DNA of 64,000 bases from Candidatus Tenderia sp. (lineage in GTDB: Bacteria > Pseudomonadota > Gammaproteobacteria > Tenderiales > Tenderiaceae). The stretch is from positions 3,427 to 67,426 of the forward strand of contig JANOSY010000047.1 of assembly GCA_031416075.1 (NCBI GenBank), written 5' to 3'. Position numbers and translations under genes: made by a program. Below, one piece after another: positions 45,601 to 51,441 of the stretch. The notes beneath the pieces were generated by a model that was not told the origin of the DNA, ran no database searches, and saw nothing but the letters and a program-made list of their open reading frames with translations. Within the stretch, counting starts at the first letter, position 1; the number at the start of each line of letters is the position of its first letter.

Positions 45601-47831
45601 CCCTCCCTCGCCTGGCTACCGTTTAACTGACTCAAAGTAGCAATCAACGGATCGTTGTCGCTGAGGGTGCCGCTGGCGCTGACGGTGCCGATGCTCAGGG
45701 GCACGGTTTCGCTGCCTTCGCTGGTGGTGTCATCGACGGTGGGCAGGGTGACGGTGAAGCCGCTGACCCCCGCCGGGACGGTGAGTACGCCGTTGAGCAG
45801 GGTGACGCCGTCGCTGAAGCTCGGGGGGGTGTAGTCGTTGCTGTTGGCGCTGCCGCCGCCCAGGGTGTAGGGGAAGCTGGTCGGGGTGGTCGAGGCGTTG
45901 CTCAGTGTCACGCTGTAGACCAGCGGGCTGCCTTCGGCCGCCGTCGGGCTGCTGATGCCGCTGATGGTCGGGGTGTCGTTGTCGGTGCCGCCGTCGCCCG
46001 TGCCGTCGTCCTTGAGGGTGCCGAGCCCCTGGGGGTCGCCAAGCGTGGCGTTGACCGGGGCGCTGAGGTTGATCTGGAAGGTTTCGCTGCCTTCAAAGAC
46101 GGTGTCGTTGAGGAGCGCGACGGTGAGGGTTTTGCTGGTCTCGCCGGGGGCGAAGGTCAGGGTGCCGTTCACGGCGCTGTAGTCGCTGCCCGCCGTGGCC
46201 GTGCCGTTGGCGCTGGCGTAGCTGACGCTCACCGGGCTGCTGCTGGGGTTGCTGAGGGTGACGGTGAAGGTGACGCTGCCCGCCCCTTCGTTGACGCTGC
46301 GGTCGTTGATGGTGAGGGACGGGGTGCCGTCGTTGTCGCTAATGGTGCCGCTGGCGCTGACGGTGCCGATGCTCAGGGGCACGGTTTCGCTGCCTTCGCT
46401 GGTGGTGTCGTCGACGGTGGGCAGGGTGACGGTGAAGCCGCTGACCCCCGCCGGGACGGTGAGTACGCCGTTGAGCAGGGTGACGCCGTCGCTGAAGCTG
46501 GGGGGGGTGTAGTCGTTGCTGTTGGCGCTGCCGCCGCCCAGGGTGTAGGGGAAGCTGGTCGGGGTGGTCGAGGCGTTGCTCAGTGTCACGCTGTAGACCA
46601 GCGGGCTGCCTTCGGCCGCCGTCGGGCTGCTGATGGTGCGGATGGTCGGGGTGTCGTTGTCGGTAATAGTGGCGGTGACTGGGGTGTTACCAAACAGTGG
46701 TGTGGCGGCGCTGTTGCTGGCAGCAGTAATCACAGCACTAAACGTTTCATCACCTTCGTAGAGGTTGTCATTGACGGTGGCTACGTTAACACTGGCACTG
46801 GTCTGGCCCGCTGGGATGATGACGGTGACAGGGCCAGCGCTGTAGTCACTACCGGGGGTAGCGCTGTTACCATTACCACTGAAAACGTTCAAAGTTACAC
46901 TGGTATCAACGGTACTGACTTTGCTGAGTGTCACGGTCAAACTGACTGACCCCCCCTCTTCTGCCGATGTGGCGCTTAAAGTCAGGGCTGGGGTATCAGC
47001 AATGTCGGTGATCGTTGCTACTAATGGGGTGGTGTTGATGTCAACCGGGCCAATGGGGTTGGTGGCGCTGATGATTTGGGCACTGAATGTCTCAGGGCTT
47101 TCAACCAAGGTATCTTCTACGGTGGTTACATTGAACTTTACGCTGGTTTGGCCCGCTGGGATGGTGATGGTATAAATGCCGCTGCTGTAGTCGCTCGTTT
47201 CGCTCGCTGTGTCAGTGGCACCACTGTAAATTCTTATGCTGACTACGGTATCCGCTGCGCTGGGCTGGCTGATACTAAGGATGTATTCAACCAGCTGCCC
47301 TTCGCCCTTTGCCAAACTGACCAGTGAGAGTGTGACGGTCCCTTGTGGAAAGTGGGCAACTGGCTCATATATCGTTTCCAGCACACCTCGATCTTGGGCA
47401 ATGCCTATGGTTTCATAGCCGCTGTCAGGGGTAACCTGTTGATTCAGACGCTGCGTAATTTCGGTCTGGCCATGCCCTTCGTTTTCGAGCAGACCTGCTG
47501 CTGGTGCTTCGGCAATCAGTGTTGGGTCACCGCCAGCCAGGATGGCTTTTTGGAGCGCGGAGACATCACTCTCTTTTGCCTGCGGGTCATTTTCACCCGA
47601 CTCCTCAGACAGGTCGGCAACCACGTTGGCGTTGATGATGAGCTGGCCATTGCTATCCAGGGCGACTGTTTTGCCACCATCAAATTCGATGACAAGCCTT
47701 TCACCAGACTCATTTTTAACCACGTCAAAGGCAAAAATGATGTCGCCCTGCTGCAGTATCCGCTTTGTCCCTTCTGGAGAAATAGCAACCGCTGAACCAG
47801 ACAGAACTTTTACAATACCAACACGCATTGC
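42663..47831 (-). CDS. lapA: Giant RTX-type adhesin (LapA-like): N-terminal retention module with di-alanine LapG site, Calx-beta/VCBS-like repeats, C-terminal RTX nonapeptides and T1SS signal
   Basis: The N-terminal retention module is followed by PAAG at residues ~115-118. Multiple ~100-aa Calx-beta-like repeats follow, including a duplicated exact 100-aa block. The C-terminus reads [35 protein letters not shown]. The start is taken at MAMRVGI, and the track ORF begins at 47846. Confidence 0.85.
   Translation of the reverse strand, partial: [1722 protein letters not shown]
45664..45985 (-). repeat. Intragenic direct repeat copy A (~320 bp, near-identical to 46344..46665)
   Basis: Side-by-side reading shows the two DNA segments are essentially identical. 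They encode the identical protein block [96 protein letters not shown]. Confidence 0.85.
46344..46665 (-). repeat. Intragenic direct repeat copy B (~320 bp)
   Basis: Same as copy A. Confidence 0.85.
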
Positions 47832-47900
47832 CATAACACACCCCAAAGATAGTCAAAACTCAAAAAAACAGGCCTATTGTACGCTACGCAAATCAAAGAG

Positions 47901-48227
47901 CTAGATGATATCACCCTCGTCCAGCAATGGGTTGGATGTGGGTATTTGCTGACGCAGAAGCTGACGTCCCTGTAGCTTTTTCTGTACTACAACGGGTAAG
48001 TCTGTGGGCAACAGCAGCCGCTTCGCAATCAGCACGTCGATAAGATCCTCGATAACTCGTACCATCTCTGAATCACGCTCAGACAGCATTGCTTTAGCCT
48101 GTCCCGGCTGAGAGAGAAACTCAATCAACTGAGGATCATCTGCGGCTATCTGCTCTACTGCATCTGCATGAGGAAGGTCATAAACGCCAATAATCTGCTG
48201 ATCAGCGCCTCTTGATACAAATAGCAT
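47901..48227 (-). CDS. Small hypothetical protein immediately upstream of lapA (same strand)
   Basis: An ORF begins MLFVSRGADQQIIGVYDLPHADAVEQ... and runs ~108 aa. I recognise no domain. It may not be coding. Confidence 0.35.
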   Translation of the reverse strand: MLFVSRGADQQIIGVYDLPHADAVEQIAADDPQLIEFLSQPGQAKAMLSERDSEMVRVIEDLIDVLIAKRLLLPTDLPVVVQKKLQGRQLLRQQIPTSNPLLDEGDII

Positions 48228-48587
48228 AAAGATTCTCCACAGCTCTAAGCCCACGTAAACGGCGACACATAAAAAAGCCCGGCCACGCCCGCTATGCATC
48301 GCGCCAGCACTCTTCCATTTTACAGTCTGCTAAACATATCGACCTATAAACCATATGTTTAATAGCATCACTGCCCCCGTTGCGGCAAAACGTACTATGT
48401 TCTGGGGTTATCACTCTCACCAAGATTGGAGATTGTGATTGTACAAGTCTGATTTTACTTAACAAAGTAAAAAATCATTAATGGTTATTGCCCCACTTCA
48501 GATATGTACTGTTCACCAAACTGATAGTAAGACGCGTGGCAATCTTTTAGAATGCCTGCCTTCATACACTCTTGATTGGATTGAACC

Positions 48588-48971
48588 ATGATTGTAAAAG
48601 CATTACGTGAAGGTTTGGGTAGGGTGATTGTTTTTGGCAGTTTTCTCACTCGACCCAAGAGAGTCACCCGTTCATCCGAAGAGCAGCAGGCCGTCAATGA
48701 GCGTGCCGCCAAGATGTCACTTTACCAGTTCTACGCCTGTCCCTTTTGTGTGCTTGTGCGCCGTGAGATGCACCGCCTGAACCTGCCAATTGTGACACGT
48801 GACGCCCAAAACAATACCCCCTATCGGCAGGAGCTACTGAGCGAGGGTGGCAACATTCAGGTCCCGTGTCTGCGTATTGATGGCGGCGATAAACCGGTCT
48901 GGATGTATGAATCAAAAGAGATTATCCGGTTTTTGAAAGAGTCCTTTGAACCGCAAACACCATCACACTAA
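48588..48971 (+). CDS. Glutaredoxin-family protein (CPFC active site)
   Basis: The product contains YQFYACPFCVLVRREM...VPCLRIDGG. The true start may be the internal MSLYQFY at 48717. Confidence 0.65.
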   Translation: MIVKALREGLGRVIVFGSFLTRPKRVTRSSEEQQAVNERAAKMSLYQFYACPFCVLVRREMHRLNLPIVTRDAQNNTPYRQELLSEGGNIQVPCLRIDGGDKPVWMYESKEIIRFLKESFEPQTPSH

Positions 48972-49066
48972 ATATTGGTATGGCGGTGCCGGGATAGCTA
49001 GCTGTCCAGTCAGCAGCCGCCTGTCAACCGCCGTTTTATTGTAACAAGCCAGCACTGGAGTTACCC

Positions 49067-49603
49067 ATGACGGACTCAAACCCGCCGCTCTTTTCCCGCA
49101 TTTTTATTGCCTTTGGCGCTTTTTGGCAGACTGTTTTCAACGCTCAATTTGCCGCTGGCGTAGCACGCCTGCAACGTGACAGCGGTGATGTGCCACCCGC
49201 AGCAGAGCCACCACGGCAAACCACCATGCCGGATGCGGCGTTACAACTGCTTGCTCTGCTGCAGCGCAATGGGCGCTTGATCGATTTCATCGAAGATCAG
49301 GTGAGCAGTTACTCTGATGCGGAGATCGGCGCGGCGGCGCGGGTGATTCATGAGGGGTGTCGCAAGACCTTACGCGACCACTTTACCCTTGAACCAATCC
49401 GTAATGAGAGTGAGGGTAGCCCGGTTGTGCTGGAGAAGGGGTTTAACGCCTCGGCGGTCCGCCTCACCGGTAATGTTGTTGGCACAGCCCCCTTTAGCGG
49501 CACACTGGCCCATCGTGGCTGGCGTGCCACGCGGGTCGAGCTACCGCAAACGACAACAGGCCATGATGTCACCATCATCGCCCCGGCAGAGGTTGCGTTA
49601 TGA
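49067..49603 (+). CDS. DUF2760-family protein
   Basis: The 178-aa product has a hydrophobic N-terminus (IFIAFGAFWQTVF). Its stop overlaps the next gene's start as ATGA. Confidence 0.65.
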   Translation: MTDSNPPLFSRIFIAFGAFWQTVFNAQFAAGVARLQRDSGDVPPAAEPPRQTTMPDAALQLLALLQRNGRLIDFIEDQVSSYSDAEIGAAARVIHEGCRKTLRDHFTLEPIRNESEGSPVVLEKGFNASAVRLTGNVVGTAPFSGTLAHRGWRATRVELPQTTTGHDVTIIAPAEVAL

Positions 49604-51441
49604 GCCGTTATGCCATTGGCATCGATCTGGGCACCACCCACAGCGCGCTATCCTATATCGATCTGACGGCCAGCGAAGGTGAACAGGTTGTCCAGCAGCT
49701 GCTGACCATTCCCCAGCTAAGCGCCCCCGGCGTGGTTGAGGCGCGCCCCCTGCTCCCTTCATTCTTATATATATCGCACTCAGATGAGTTCAACCCGGCG
49801 GACATTGCACTGCCCTGGAACAGCGCGCCTACTGAGATCGTCGGGGAGCTGGCACGTAACCGTGGTGCCGAGACACCGATCCGCCTCGTCTCGAGCGCCA
49901 AGAGCTGGCTCTGCCACTCAGGGGTCGACCGCCGTGCCGCCATTTTGCCAGCTGAGGCACCCGCTGAGGTGGCTAAGATCTCACCCCTTGAGGCCTCTAT
50001 CCATTATCTGGGCCATCTGCGCGACGCCTGGAATCAATGTCACCCTGACACGCCCTTCAATACACAGGAGATTACTCTCACCATCCCCGCCTCATTTGAC
50101 CCGGCGGCCCGCGAGCTGACCGCCGAGGCGGCACAGCTGGCCGGCTACCAGCACCTTACCCTCCTGGAGGAGCCGCAGGCGGCACTCTATAGCTGGATTC
50201 AAGGCAGCGCGGGTCAATGGCGCGCACAGGTGAAGGTGGGCGATGTGATCCTGGTGATCGATGTGGGCGGTGGCACCACTGATCTTTCGTTAATCGCAGT
50301 GGTGGAGCGTGATGGCAAGCTTGAGCTGCACCGGATCGCAGTAGGCGAGCATATCCTGCTTGGTGGCGACAATATGGATCTGGCACTGGCCCACGGGGTC
50401 GCGCAAAAACTTGCCAGCCAGGACACCCGCCTGGATAGCTGGCAGATGCGAACATTGACTTACGGCTGCCGCACCGCCAAAGAGAGACTACTCGCCGACG
50501 ATACACTGGAGAGTGTGCCGCTGGTGATCGCGAGCCGTGGCTCCAGGCTCATCGGTGGCTCTATTCGTAGCGAACTCACCCGCACTGAGGTTGCCACCAC
50601 CCTGGTCGAAGGGTTTTTCCCGCAGGTGGATGCCGCCGCCCGCCCCGCCAACCGCGCCCGCGCGGGTCTTACCCAGTTAGGTCTGCCCTACGCCCAGGAT
50701 GCCGCTATTACCCGCCATCTGGCCGCCTTTCTTGGTCGCCAGACCCTGGCCACGGCAGAACTGCAGGGGTTTGGCCAGACACCCTCGCCCGGAGCCAGCT
50801 TCCTGCACCCAACCGCAATACTGTTTAATGGTGGTGTTTTCAAATCACCCCTGCTAGCCAAGTGCATTATGCAGGTGATTAACCGGTGGTTGACCGCTGA
50901 GTCTGCACCTGCCGCCCGTCTCTTAGAGGGGGCGGACCTCGATCTGGCCGTCGCCAAGGGCGCTGCCTATTACGGATATATGCGTCGTGGTCACGGTGTG
51001 CGGATTCGCGGCGGTACGGCTCAGGCTTACTATGTTGGTATTGAATCCTCCATGCCCGCTGTGCCAGGCATCACGCCACCGGTACAGGCACTCTGCGTGG
51101 CCCCCTTTGGTATGGAGGAAGGGACCGCTTGTGAGGCAACACCACAACAGTTTGGGCTGGTGGTGGGTGAGCCGGTACGGTTCCGTTTTTTTGGCTCCTC
51201 CGTACGGCGTCAGGACCAGATCGGCACACTACTTGAATTCTGGGCCGACGATGAACTGCGGGAGCTGGGCGAGATTGAGGCGACACTACCGGCAGACCAG
51301 CGCCGCCCTGGCGAAATAGTCCCGGTCCAACTCCATGCGGCGGTCACCGCTATTGGCACACTGGCGCTGGAGGCGCTGCCCAGCAGCGGCACTGAACGCT
51401 GGCGGGTGGAGTTTGATGTGCGCCAGGGCCAACAGGGGTGA
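49600..51441 (+). CDS. Hsp70-family protein (non-canonical DnaK paralog) 1
   Basis: Actin-fold phosphate-1 IGIDLGTTHSA and phosphate-2 VIDVGGGTTDLSL motifs are present. The product is 613 aa and is not DnaK/HscA by sequence. Confidence 0.8.
   Translation: MSRYAIGIDLGTTHSALSYIDLTASEGEQVVQQLLTIPQLSAPGVVEARPLLPSFLYISHSDEFNPADIALPWNSAPTEIVGELARNRGAETPIRLVSSAKSWLCHSGVDRRAAILPAEAPAEVAKISPLEASIHYLGHLRDAWNQCHPDTPFNTQEITLTIPASFDPAARELTAEAAQLAGYQHLTLLEEPQAALYSWIQGSAGQWRAQVKVGDVILVIDVGGGTTDLSLIAVVERDGKLELHRIAVGEHILLGGDNMDLALAHGVAQKLASQDTRLDSWQMRTLTYGCRTAKERLLADDTLESVPLVIASRGSRLIGGSIRSELTRTEVATTLVEGFFPQVDAAARPANRARAGLTQLGLPYAQDAAITRHLAAFLGRQTLATAELQGFGQTPSPGASFLHPTAILFNGGVFKSPLLAKCIMQVINRWLTAESAPAARLLEGADLDLAVAKGAAYYGYMRRGHGVRIRGGTAQAYYVGIESSMPAVPGITPPVQALCVAPFGMEEGTACEATPQQFGLVVGEPVRFRFFGSSVRRQDQIGTLLEFWADDELRELGEIEATLPADQRRPGEIVPVQLHAAVTAIGTLALEALPSSGTERWRVEFDVRQGQQG

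Noticed and set aside
45640-46670. Repeated GC-rich blocks considered as a possible CRISPR or minisatellite
   Set aside because: There are only two copies of ~320 bp, with no short spacer-repeat periodicity. Both are in frame within the adhesin gene and encode an identical Calx-beta-like repeat.
49736-51319. Several 70-130-aa ORFs on both strands
   Set aside because: They are all embedded in the GC-rich Hsp70 paralog genes. The Hsp70 frames carry the phosphate-1 and phosphate-2 motifs, so the others are shadows.
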